Source of the DNA: a bacterium
Lineage (GTDB): Bacteria; JAAXHH01
Direction of reading: 5' to 3'
Assembly: GCA_965117045.1 (NCBI GenBank)
Contig: OZ220749.1
Location: forward strand, 1,156,812-1,220,811
DNA length: 64,000 nucleotides
Shown here one piece after another: positions 1-8,904 of this stretch. The notes beneath the pieces were generated by a model. It ran no database searches. It saw only the letters and a list, made by a program, of their open reading frames with translations, and was not told the DNA's origin. Position 1 is the first letter of the stretch. Each line of letters opens with the position of its first letter. The position numbers and the translations under genes were made by a program.

Positions 1-579
1 CGCCCGGCGGTACCCGTAGAGACCCACGGTGTTGTAGAAACGGTGTTCGCGCAGGTATGCCCCGTCCGGCCGCTCCCCCGGCCAGGGCAGCGGCGAGCGG
101 GAAAAGTACAACGCCAGGCCCTGCCCGTCGAAGACCACCTTGCCCATGTGGGGATTAAGCAGGTCCTCCGTCCTGGTGATCCGGTGCGCGAGGGTCGTCA
201 TGGGCAGGTCCGGATCGTCGACCAGGGGCTGCACCACCGTTTCGATGGCTTCGGGCGTAATCAGCGGCTCGTCTCCCTGGATGTTGACGACCACGTCCGT
301 ATCCATCTCCCGGACGGCCGCGGCCAGCCGGTCCGTGCCGCTCGGATGGTCCGGCGCGGTCATGATCGGCTCGCCGCCGAACCCTCGGACCGCGTCCGCT
401 ATGCGCCGGTCGTCGGTCACGACGTACAGATCGGTGAGGCACCGCGCCCGGCGGGAACGCTCGTAGGTGTGCTGAATCATCGGCTTGCCCCGCAAGGGCG
501 CCAGCGCCTTGCCGGGGAAACGCGTCGAAGCGTAACGGGCCGGTATGAGACCCGTGATTCTCGGGATATCGGATCCCAT
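1..579 (-). CDS. kdsB: 3-deoxy-manno-octulosonate cytidylyltransferase (CMP-KDO synthetase), C-terminally truncated by window edge
   Basis: Reverse-complement translation from the ATG at 579 reads MGSDIPRITGLIPARYASTRFPGKALAPL...NIQGDEPLI...LYFSRSPLPW...YGYRRA. This matches the KdsB P-loop and QGDEP motifs and is colinear with E. coli KdsB. It is absent from the ORF track because it has no stop inside the window. Confidence 0.8.
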   Translation of the reverse strand, partial: MGSDIPRITGLIPARYASTRFPGKALAPLRGKPMIQHTYERSRRARCLTDLYVVTDDRRIADAVRGFGGEPIMTAPDHPSGTDRLAAAVREMDTDVVVNIQGDEPLITPEAIETVVQPLVDDPDLPMTTLAHRITRTEDLLNPHMGKVVFDGQGLALYFSRSPLPWPGERPDGAYLREHRFYNTVGLYGYRRA

Positions 580-586
580 ATCGCCT

Positions 587-871
587 TCAGATTACCTTGG
601 GTACGGTGAAATGGCCGCGATCGGACGCAGGAGCGTTCAGCAGCGCTTCTTCCTGGGTCAGCGACGCGGCGGCTTCGTCGCTGCGGAATACGTTCTTCAG
701 GCGCAACACGTGGGAAGTCGGACCTACGGCCGTCGTGTCGAGCGTATTGAGCTTTTTCATGTACGCGAGGATGGCGTTCAGCTGATCCACCAACTGTTCC
801 CGTTCTTCTTCAGAGAACTGCAGGTGGGCCAGCGCCGCGACATGGTCCACGTCCTTGATGGTTACCGTCAT
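587..871 (-). CDS. gatC: Asp-tRNA(Asn)/Glu-tRNA(Gln) amidotransferase subunit C
   Basis: The internal start MTVTIKDVDHVAALAHLQFSEEEREQLVDQLNAILAYM gives a roughly 94-aa GatC-like protein with the canonical N-terminus. It sits 8 nt upstream of kdsB on the same strand. Confidence 0.75.
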   Translation of the reverse strand: MTVTIKDVDHVAALAHLQFSEEEREQLVDQLNAILAYMKKLNTLDTTAVGPTSHVLRLKNVFRSDEAAASLTQEEALLNAPASDRGHFTVPKVI

Positions 872-931
872 GGTTTGCCCCTTCGCAAGCGCCGGTCCAA
901 CCGGCGCGTGTTCCACACTTCCAATATAGCA

Positions 932-3142
932 CTATATCATTTCCAGGGCGGCGTATTTCACGATCACCTTCTTGGTCGTATCCGAGAAGCGTATCGTCGC
1001 CCGCAGGTCGTCCCCGCTTCCCGCGACCTGGATGATACGTCCCTTGCCCCAGACGGGGTGCTTGACATCCTGTCCCCGGGAGATCCGCACCCGGCCCATG
1101 GGCGTCTGTACAACCTGTGGGGACGTGATGTCGTCTTCCAACGGGGCAGCGGAGGCCTTATCTTCCTGCGGCCACGACGACCGCGAATAGAACCGGCTGG
1201 TACGCTCCCGGGAAACCAGGTCGTCGGGTATCTCGTCGATGAATCGGGACCGCAGGGAGGTCTGCGTGCCCCCGAACCTGCGCCGCAGATTGGCGTGGGT
1301 GAGGAACAGCCGTTCCCGGGCGCGCGTGATGCCCACGTAACAGAGCCGCCGCTCCTCCTCCAGGTCGGTGGGGCTTTCCATGGCCCGTGAAATGGGGAAG
1401 AGTCCGTCTTCCATGCCCGTGATGAAGACGACGGGGAACTCCAGGCCCTTGGCGTTGTGCAGGGTCATGAGCGTGACGCAGTCCACGGATTCGTCCCACC
1501 GGTCGATATCGGTTACCAGGGCCACTTCCTCCAGGAAATCGCCCAGCCCGGCGATAGGTTTTCCCTCCTCCGGCCGCTCGGTCGCCTCTTCCAGGGCGGC
1601 CATCAGCTCGTTCACGTTCTGCACCCGGGTCTCGGCCTCCACGTTTTTGGCGGCCTCCAGCTCCAGTTCCCTTAGGTAGCCGGTCTTATCGAGCACACGC
1701 CTGGCCGCCTCCGCGCCCGATATCTCCGCCAGGCGCGACCTCAGACGCAGCAGAAACTCTCCGAGTTGCACGGCGGCACGGTGCGCTTTACCCGAGACGC
1801 CCGCCTCGCCGGCATGGTACAGCGCTTCCAGGTAGTCCATGCCACGCTCGACCGCCAGTTGTTCGACGCGGGACACGCTGACGGCGCCGATGCCCCGGGC
1901 AGGGGTGTTGACCATGCGGCGGAAGCTGATGGCATCCCGGCCGTTGACCAGGATTTTCAGATAGGCCAGGACGTCCTTGACTTCCTTCCGTTCGAAGAAC
2001 CGGACGCCGCCGACGATCACGTATGGCAGGCCGGCGCGGCGCAACTCGTCCTCCAGCGTACGCGACTGCGCGTTGGTTCGGTAGAGGAGGGTGAAATCCC
2101 TCAGCATCCGGTCGGAGCCGTCGCGCATCTCCTGGATCTTCCGGGATATCCACCGGGCTTCATCCCGGTCGTCCATCGTCTCGACCAGGCCGATCGTCTC
2201 CCCGGCGGGGTTGTCCGTCCAAAGCTCTTTCCCCTTGCGGCCCTTGTTGTTCCGGATGACTTCGTTCCCCGCCTTCAGGATCAGCCGGGTGGAACGGTAG
2301 TTCTGTTCGAGCCGGACGACCCGCGCCTCGGGATAGTCCTTCTCGAACTCGAGGATGTTGCGGATATCGGCACCGCGCCAGGCGTAGATGGACTGGTCGT
2401 CGTCCCCCACCACGCACAGGTTCCGGTATTTCCGCGCCAGGCGGTTGATCCATTCGTACTGGGCACGGTTGGTGTCCTGGTATTCGTCCACCAGGATGTA
2501 CTGGAACCGTTCCTGGTAACGGCTCAACAGGTCAGGATGCGTCGCGTATCCCAGCGCCAGCCGCATGATGAGATCATCGAAATCCAGGGCGTTGCAGTCT
2601 TCCAGGGCGTGCTGATAGGCTTCATAGACCCGAGACACCACCTGCTGTTCGAAGAAATCCGTGTGTTGCGCCTTGTACTCGACGGGCGACAGGAGCTGGT
2701 CCTTGGCCCCGCTGATATAGCTGCGAACCGCCTCGGGGGAATAGCGCTTGTCGGAGATCTCCAGGTCCTTCATCATCCGGCGGATGAGGGCCAGTTGATC
2801 TTCGCCGTCGTAGATCACGAAATCGCGGCGGAAGCCCAGGGTCTCCGCCTCGCGGCGCAGTATCCGGGCCGAGAGGGAATGGAAGGTGCCCACCCACTGC
2901 GGGACGTCGCCCTGGCCGAGCATCCGGTCGATCCGGTCTTTCATCTCCGCGGCCGCCTTGTTGGTAAAGGTGACGGCCAGGATGTGATAGGGATCGATGC
3001 CGAGATGTTCAACGAGGTAGGCGATCCGGTAGGTCAACACCCGGGTCTTGCCGCTTCCGGCGCCGGCGAGTACGAGCAACGGTCCATCGACGTAGGACGC
3101 GGCCTTGACTTGAGCGGGATTCAGTTCGCCAGCGAGGTTCAT
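932..3142 (-). CDS. uvrD: ATP-dependent DNA helicase, UvrD/PcrA family
   Basis: The 736-aa product has Walker A AGAGSGKTRVLTYRIA and helicase motifs (FTNKAA, VDEYQDTN, YRS, GITRAR) throughout. The C-terminal tail is the Tudor-like UvrD C-terminal domain. Confidence 0.9.
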   Translation of the reverse strand: MNLAGELNPAQVKAASYVDGPLLVLAGAGSGKTRVLTYRIAYLVEHLGIDPYHILAVTFTNKAAAEMKDRIDRMLGQGDVPQWVGTFHSLSARILRREAETLGFRRDFVIYDGEDQLALIRRMMKDLEISDKRYSPEAVRSYISGAKDQLLSPVEYKAQHTDFFEQQVVSRVYEAYQHALEDCNALDFDDLIMRLALGYATHPDLLSRYQERFQYILVDEYQDTNRAQYEWINRLARKYRNLCVVGDDDQSIYAWRGADIRNILEFEKDYPEARVVRLEQNYRSTRLILKAGNEVIRNNKGRKGKELWTDNPAGETIGLVETMDDRDEARWISRKIQEMRDGSDRMLRDFTLLYRTNAQSRTLEDELRRAGLPYVIVGGVRFFERKEVKDVLAYLKILVNGRDAISFRRMVNTPARGIGAVSVSRVEQLAVERGMDYLEALYHAGEAGVSGKAHRAAVQLGEFLLRLRSRLAEISGAEAARRVLDKTGYLRELELEAAKNVEAETRVQNVNELMAALEEATERPEEGKPIAGLGDFLEEVALVTDIDRWDESVDCVTLMTLHNAKGLEFPVVFITGMEDGLFPISRAMESPTDLEEERRLCYVGITRARERLFLTHANLRRRFGGTQTSLRSRFIDEIPDDLVSRERTSRFYSRSSWPQEDKASAAPLEDDITSPQVVQTPMGRVRISRGQDVKHPVWGKGRIIQVAGSGDDLRATIRFSDTTKKVIVKYAALEMI

Positions 3143-3402
3143 TCACCGTTCCCAAACGGCCAAGAGAGAAGGACAGTCCACCCGGTATGCAGCCCGCTTC
3201 ATCCATCTGGAAATTTCGGTGAGCAGCGCGATACCATAATACATGGCCAAAATCGGTCATGTCAATATAATCATGGCCCGGGCGACGACCGTCGAAGCGC
3301 GGCCGGGGCAAAGTTTCGTTGAATATCCGGAGCAGTCGGATATATTATGGCGGATCGATTCCAAACCGATTGCCGGAAGCATGAAACACAGGATCACTGC
3401 TG
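3143..3402. promoter_or_regulatory. divergent intergenic region between uvrD and the sugar-kinase operon, containing AT-rich TATAAT-like stretches
   Basis: Sequence around 3215-3275 (ataccataatacatggccaaaatcggtcatgtcaatataatcatgg) is far more AT-rich than the flanks and lies between divergently oriented starts. Confidence 0.3.
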
Positions 3403-4860
3403 ATGCTGGATTGCCTGACGGATCGTGGGAACCTGCCCGCCGACGCGGAGGCCTTCGAGCACGCCCTGGCCTGCACGCCGGAGAGTCCGTTCGGCCCGCT
3501 GGGGACGCGTTTCGCGGCAGGGAAACCGATCTACGTCGTTCGTGCACCCGCGCGGCTGGACTGCATGGGCGGCGTCGCGGACTACAGCGGTTCGCTGGTC
3601 TGCGAAATGCCCCTCGACCGTGCCGTGCTGATGGGTCTGCAGGCCCGGGACGACCGGAAGGTGGTCGTGCACAGCGCCGGCGCGGACAAACTGGGCCTTT
3701 CGCCGGACGTTACGCTGGCGCTCGACGATCTGGCGCCGGAACCGGGCACGGTAGACTATGATACCGTAAGACGGAGTTTGTCCGCGGCGCCGAAAACCGC
3801 CTGGGCGGCCTACGTCGCCGGGGCTTTCAGCGTACTGCAGGGCGAAGGGCACATGGACCGTTTCCCCCACGGCGCCACGATCGTACTGGGGAGCAACATA
3901 CCTTTCCGGGTAGGCGCGTCCTCCTCTGCCGCGCTGGAAATCGCGGCCATGCATGGCCTGAACCTGCTCTACGGGATCAACCTTGACGGGATGACGCTGG
4001 CCGTCCTTTCCCAGAAGGTCGAGAACCACGTGGTCGGCGCGGCCTGTGGCATCATGGACCAGGTCACCTGCACAATGGGTACCCGGGGCCGCCTGCTTTC
4101 CCTGCTCTGCCAGCCTCATACCGTGCAGGAACAGATTCCGATCCCGGAAGGATTACGGTTTATCGGCATCAGCTCCGGCATCCGCCGTGAAATCAAGGGG
4201 ACAAGATACACGAACAGCAGAATCGGCGCCTTCATGGGCCTGGCGATCCTGCGGGATCGGCTGCGGTCCGGCAACGGAGCCGCCGCGAATCTCCGCCTGG
4301 GATACCTATGCAACCTTACCACGACCGAATATGTGGAATCCTGCCGGTCCCTGTTGCCGTCGAGTATCTCGGGCCGGGCGTTCACGCGGCGCTACGGCAC
4401 CACGCCCGATCCCGTGACGACCGTCGACCCGGAGGTGGTGTACAAGGTGCGCAGCCGCGTGGAACACCCGGTGTACGAACACCGCAGGGTGACGGACTTC
4501 ACCGAGTGCATCCGGCTGGCGGGGTCCTCTGACAAACCGGAGTATTTAAAACGCGCGGGCGGGCTGATGTACGCCTCGGACTGGAGTTACACGCACCGGT
4601 GCGGGCTCGGGTCCGCCGAAACGGCCTGGATCGTCCGGGAAACAAGGAAACTGGGGGTGGAAGCAGGATTCTACGGCGCCAGGATCACGGGCGGCGGAGC
4701 AGGCGGGACGGTCGCCGTCGCGGGGAACGACCGCATGTTCGACCACCTGGATGGCCTGCTTGAACGTTACGGCCAAGCGACCGGGATCGAGGCCGACCTC
4801 TTTACGGGAACTTCGCCCGGCGCCCTCGAGTTCGGGCACCGCGTCTATCGTATAACCTGA
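3403..4860 (+). CDS. GHMP-family sugar kinase (galactokinase-like)
   Basis: PARLDCMGGVADYSG is the galactokinase signature region. IPFRVGASSSAALEIAA is the GHMP ATP-binding motif. ITGGGAGGTVA is the C-terminal GHMP motif. Confidence 0.8.
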   Translation: MLDCLTDRGNLPADAEAFEHALACTPESPFGPLGTRFAAGKPIYVVRAPARLDCMGGVADYSGSLVCEMPLDRAVLMGLQARDDRKVVVHSAGADKLGLSPDVTLALDDLAPEPGTVDYDTVRRSLSAAPKTAWAAYVAGAFSVLQGEGHMDRFPHGATIVLGSNIPFRVGASSSAALEIAAMHGLNLLYGINLDGMTLAVLSQKVENHVVGAACGIMDQVTCTMGTRGRLLSLLCQPHTVQEQIPIPEGLRFIGISSGIRREIKGTRYTNSRIGAFMGLAILRDRLRSGNGAAANLRLGYLCNLTTTEYVESCRSLLPSSISGRAFTRRYGTTPDPVTTVDPEVVYKVRSRVEHPVYEHRRVTDFTECIRLAGSSDKPEYLKRAGGLMYASDWSYTHRCGLGSAETAWIVRETRKLGVEAGFYGARITGGGAGGTVAVAGNDRMFDHLDGLLERYGQATGIEADLFTGTSPGALEFGHRVYRIT

Positions 4861-4894
4861 GCATTTACACCAGGATTGAAGGAGCTGGACCGAA

Positions 4895-5824
4895 TTGAAA
4901 CGCATACGAAAGGCGGTCATACCCCTGGCGGGACACGGCGTCCGCATGCTGCCGGTGACCCGCGCGGTGCGCAAGGCGCTGTTCCCCATCGTGGACGGCC
5001 GGGGACGGGTAAGCCCCGTGCTTCAACTGATCATGGAGGAAGCGGTCAACGCGGGCATCGAGGAAATCGGTCTGGTGATCGCGCCGGAGGACGAGGCGAT
5101 GATCCGCGCCTATTTTTCGCCGTTGCCCGGTCCGTTGAAATCCGCGATCGGAAATCGCGCGGACTTGCTCGCCGCGGCCGAATTCCCCGGCGAACTATCG
5201 GAGACGGTGACCTTCATCACGCAGGATCGTCCCCGGGGGTTCGGCGACGCGGTCCTCCGCGCGAAAACCTGGACCGGCGGCGATCCTTTCCTGGTCATGC
5301 TCGGCGATCACCTGTACCTCAGCGGGGCGGACCGGTGCTGCGCGCGTCAGCTGCTGGACGCCTTCGCGGAACTGCAGGCGCCGGTTTCGGGCGTGATCCG
5401 CAAGTCCGTCGTGGACATCAGCCACTTCGGAACGGTTTCGGGCCGTCCCGTGCCCCGGTGGAACGGACTCTACGAACTCGACACAGTGGTGGAAAAGCCC
5501 GAACCGGACCTGGCGCGACGACGGCTGCGCGTGGAGGGCATGCCGGTGGACACCTTCCTCTGCTGGTTCGGCCTGCACGCCTTGACCGCCGGGATCTTCG
5601 ACTGCCTGGCGCGAATAAAAAGAGACGGTGCCGCGGAAGGCGGCGAACTGCAGTTGACCGGGGCCCAGGCCATGCTGGCATCTCAACGGGCCTGCTTCGC
5701 CCTGGAAATTAACGGCGATCACTTCGACACAGGTTCGCCGGAAGGATATGTGGAGGCCGTGGCGGCCTTCGCGGGTCCAGCCGGCATTTCCAACAAGCGA
5801 AAGGGAAACCGATACCATGTCTGA
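4895..5824 (+). CDS. sugar-1-phosphate nucleotidyltransferase (UTP-glucose-1-phosphate uridylyltransferase-like)
   Basis: The N-terminus KAVIPLAGHGVRMLPVTRAVRKALFPIV is colinear with GalU [26 protein letters not shown]. The stop overlaps the next start in ATGTCTGA. Confidence 0.75.
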   Translation: MKRIRKAVIPLAGHGVRMLPVTRAVRKALFPIVDGRGRVSPVLQLIMEEAVNAGIEEIGLVIAPEDEAMIRAYFSPLPGPLKSAIGNRADLLAAAEFPGELSETVTFITQDRPRGFGDAVLRAKTWTGGDPFLVMLGDHLYLSGADRCCARQLLDAFAELQAPVSGVIRKSVVDISHFGTVSGRPVPRWNGLYELDTVVEKPEPDLARRRLRVEGMPVDTFLCWFGLHALTAGIFDCLARIKRDGAAEGGELQLTGAQAMLASQRACFALEINGDHFDTGSPEGYVEAVAAFAGPAGISNKRKGNRYHV

Positions 5825-6533
5825 ACAGGAAGCACCATCGCGGGAAACGCTCGAATCCCTGCTCGTACCGAGTACGGCCACGCTGACCTCCGTACTCACC
5901 GAATACGGCCTGTACAACACGTTCATGCAGGACGTCGCGCCGCTGGCCCCGGGCATGCGCCTCGCGGGTCCAGCGTTTACCCTCCGGTACATACCCGGCC
6001 GGGAAGACATCACGCACGTGCCCGTGGACAACCTGACGGACATGCAGCGTATCGGCATCGAAAGCATCGGGCAGGGCGAGGTGCTCGTGATCGACGCGCG
6101 GGGCGACATCCGGGCGGGCGTCATGGGCGACATTCTCGCCACGAGGATTCTGCAGCGCGGCGCCGCGGGGGTCGTGAGCGACGGCGCGTTCCGGGATACG
6201 CCGGCCATCGTCGAAGCCGGACTCGCCGCGTATGCGAAGGCCATGAACGCCCATAACAGCAAGAGCGTGCACTACCCGAGCGACATACAGCGCCCCATCG
6301 CCTGCGGCGGCGTAGCCGTGTTCCCCGGAGACATCATCGTGGGCGATGCGGAGGGCGTCGTGGTGATCCCGCGCCATCTTGCCGAAGAAGTGGCGGCCAA
6401 GGCCGTGGCGCAGGAGGACCGCGAAGTCTTCATCCTGCAGAAGATCCAGCAGGGAGCCAGCATCATCGGCGTTTACCCGCCCGATGAGAAGACCCTGGCC
6501 GAGTACGAGGCCTGGAAGACGAAAAAGGGCTGA
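5817..6533 (+). CDS. RraA-family protein (4-hydroxy-4-methyl-2-oxoglutarate aldolase / oxaloacetate decarboxylase-like)
   Basis: The RraA/DMMQ-MTase fold is recognisable in GEVLVIDARGDIRAGVMGDILATRILQRGAAGVVSDGAFRD and GDIIVGDAEGVVVIP. The true start is MSEQE at 5817, not the upstream alternative start. Confidence 0.7.
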   Translation: MSEQEAPSRETLESLLVPSTATLTSVLTEYGLYNTFMQDVAPLAPGMRLAGPAFTLRYIPGREDITHVPVDNLTDMQRIGIESIGQGEVLVIDARGDIRAGVMGDILATRILQRGAAGVVSDGAFRDTPAIVEAGLAAYAKAMNAHNSKSVHYPSDIQRPIACGGVAVFPGDIIVGDAEGVVVIPRHLAEEVAAKAVAQEDREVFILQKIQQGASIIGVYPPDEKTLAEYEAWKTKKG

Positions 6534-6537
6534 TCTC

Positions 6538-8904
6538 TCAGTCGGTGGCCAGATCTGTTACGCGTTGAAGGGCCACCACCGCAAGCAGCCTCTCTTCGGC
6601 GTGCAGGGTCCTGTTACGGCCCTCCGATTCCAGGTCCGCCAGGATCCTGTACGCCAGTTCAATTCCGTCCGAGCCGGCCGCCGATCCTCCCGCGGACGCC
6701 GCATCTTCGGCTGCCCGGTCCGTGCGATCCGTGCCGGACGACCGATCCGTGCCGGACGACCGATCCGTGCCCATTTCCTCGACGATTTGCCGGGCGGTTT
6801 CCGCGAGTTGGCTCAGCATTTCACCGTGCTGTTGACGCTCGAAGGCGCTCATGGCGCGGTCGACAACGGAAGTGAACCGGTTCCTTGCCTCTTTTTCGAT
6901 ACGCGACCAGCCGCCCAGTTGCCTGCGGACGGACCGGAATATCCGCACCGTCGCCCGGTCCTGGTCCATTCCATCGGACTGAAGCAAACGGTACAGCAGA
7001 TCGGGTGCGCCGAGGAGATGCCCCGCAGACATGACCAGCACGCCCCGCTGGAGGCTGGTCTCGCTGGTCCGTATGAGGTCCTGAAGTCGCCCCAGAATGC
7101 CGGTATTCCCCATCCTGGCCAGCGTCTCCAGGGCGGACTGGACGATCGCGGGGTCCCGCTCATGTTCGAGCAGGGCTTCCAACGCGGTTTCCGCGCGCCG
7201 GTCCCCGATCCGGTCCAGGGCGAGTACGGCGCTTCTACGGATGCCAGGCCGCTCATCGTGCAGCAGCGTTACCAGGATGTTGAGACTGAGCGACGACGGC
7301 ACCGCGCCCAGGGCTTCCACCGCCTCTTCGGCGATATCCGACGAGGGGCTGCCCACGCATTCGAGGAGCGGATTCACGGCCTCCGCCGCGCCGATCCTGC
7401 TCAGGGACTGCACGGCCTCCCGCCGCACGTTGCGGTCGCTGTCTTCCAGCAACGCGATCAATTCGTCCACGGCCAGGTGGCTGCCGGTTTCTCCAAGCTC
7501 ACGGGCGGCCCGGGCCCGGACCGAGGGATTGCTCGATTTCCCCATGCGCACAAGGTGCCAAAGGGTAGCGATGGGGTTCCCCTTGCGCACGCGGTTGATC
7601 ATGTCCCGGGATGAGACCTGCGAATCGGAAGCCAGCCGGGCCAGCAGGCCCATGTAGGCGATGCGCAGCACTCCGTTGGAAAGGAAGAGGTATTGCAGGC
7701 CCGCGAAGGTGTAGCCAAAGAATGATACGGCGGGGATGGAGGTGCACAGGTCGGCGGCGATGCCGCCCAACACGGCGCCGCATGCCGCGCACCCTCTCGA
7801 TACCGCGGAATAGCATCCCAGGAACGCGGAGCGGTTGACCGCAGGGGCCGTCTTGACGATGAGATTGAATCGGGCGGTGGCCCACCCCGCGCTCATGCTG
7901 CCGCCCCAGACCTGCACCAGCGGCACCATGATCCAGTAGTTTTCCAGGGTCACGAATCCCCAACCCAGCGGAAACAGGGCCAGGCCCACGGCGGTAAGCG
8001 ACATGACCGGCGTGTATCCGTACTTGTCCGCCAGGTATCCCCAGAAGGGATTCATGATGATCGTGGCGATGGTCTGAATGGCCGAGTAGATCGCGATCTG
8101 GGCGAAGGAGACCTCGAGCGTCCGCAGCATGTAGACGGTAAAGAAGGGCGCGGCGATCTGGGCGATGAGGAGCCGTCCCGATACCAGGAACATCAGCCTG
8201 CGAAAGGGCCTGTGCCGGAAGGGCAGGCGCAGCAACTGGTTCGAAGGGACGTCCTCGCCTTTGGTTTTCTGCGGTTCGGGAATACGGGACCAGGCCCAGA
8301 CCCCGAAGCCGGAAAAGACCACGGCCGTGATAAACAGGGTGCTGAAGCCTTCCTGTGCATCTCCCGGGGCGTAGGTGCTCAGGAAGAATCCCGCGCAGAC
8401 CGACGTGACAAGGCCGGCGGACGCCGTCAGGCTGCGCTGCCGGGCGACGAAACGGCCGCGAATCTCGTCGGGAACCAGGTCGGTCAGCCAGGACTGACGC
8501 GCCGGGGAGACCAGGGACATGGCGGCCTTCGAGAGGGCGATGCAGGCTACGAGCGCCAGCAGCTGGTATCCCTCGAAGAAGAGAAAGGGAATGAAGGCGA
8601 TGGGCAGCCAGAGCGATGAGCTGATGCCATTGGCGAACAGGCACAGCGTCTTGCGGCGGGTCAGGCGTTCAATCAGCAGCGGCGAGAAGGCTTGAAGCAA
8701 CTGGCCGATGGAAATGGACGCGGAGATAAAACCGATCATGGCGCTGGATGCGCCGAGATGCAGCGCGTAGCCCGTGGTGTAGACGCCCGTGGTAATCGCC
8801 GAATGAACGGACTCGAGCATGCCGTTCACGTTCCACATGCGCATCCCGCGCGCCGTCTGAAGCCGGGTCAGTTTTTTATCCTGTTGCATGATTCGGTTTC
8901 CCAT
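6538..8904 (-). CDS. MFS transporter fused to a C-terminal cytoplasmic HEAT-repeat (PBS-lyase-like) domain
   Basis: The N-terminal ~420 aa has 12 predicted TM helices with MFS character. The C-terminus has repeated D..VR..A..AL HEAT units (ARELGETGSHLAVDELIALLEDSDRNVRREAVQSLSRIG...). It contains an in-frame TDRSSGTDRSSGTDRTDR repeat. The start may be an internal Met (MRMWNV around 8841), because the long start overlaps the upstream gene. Confidence 0.75.
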   Translation of the reverse strand: MGNRIMQQDKKLTRLQTARGMRMWNVNGMLESVHSAITTGVYTTGYALHLGASSAMIGFISASISIGQLLQAFSPLLIERLTRRKTLCLFANGISSSLWLPIAFIPFLFFEGYQLLALVACIALSKAAMSLVSPARQSWLTDLVPDEIRGRFVARQRSLTASAGLVTSVCAGFFLSTYAPGDAQEGFSTLFITAVVFSGFGVWAWSRIPEPQKTKGEDVPSNQLLRLPFRHRPFRRLMFLVSGRLLIAQIAAPFFTVYMLRTLEVSFAQIAIYSAIQTIATIIMNPFWGYLADKYGYTPVMSLTAVGLALFPLGWGFVTLENYWIMVPLVQVWGGSMSAGWATARFNLIVKTAPAVNRSAFLGCYSAVSRGCAACGAVLGGIAADLCTSIPAVSFFGYTFAGLQYLFLSNGVLRIAYMGLLARLASDSQVSSRDMINRVRKGNPIATLWHLVRMGKSSNPSVRARAARELGETGSHLAVDELIALLEDSDRNVRREAVQSLSRIGAAEAVNPLLECVGSPSSDIAEEAVEALGAVPSSLSLNILVTLLHDERPGIRRSAVLALDRIGDRRAETALEALLEHERDPAIVQSALETLARMGNTGILGRLQDLIRTSETSLQRGVLVMSAGHLLGAPDLLYRLLQSDGMDQDRATVRIFRSVRRQLGGWSRIEKEARNRFTSVVDRAMSAFERQQHGEMLSQLAETARQIVEEMGTDRSSGTDRSSGTDRTDRAAEDAASAGGSAAGSDGIELAYRILADLESEGRNRTLHAEERLLAVVALQRVTDLATD

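Noticed and set aside
1766-3322. 518-aa ORF on the + strand, antisense to the uvrD/pcrA helicase gene.
   Set aside because: Arg/Pro/Gly/Ala-rich low-complexity translation with no recognisable domain. This is typical of shadow ORFs in high-GC DNA. The opposite strand encodes a fully motif-supported helicase.
6716-6775. Considered whether the short GC-rich tandem repeats could be a CRISPR array.
   Set aside because: The units are 9-18 bp with no unique spacers between them. The copies are adjacent and in frame inside genes, and no cas genes are present. They are microsatellite-type repeats, not CRISPR.
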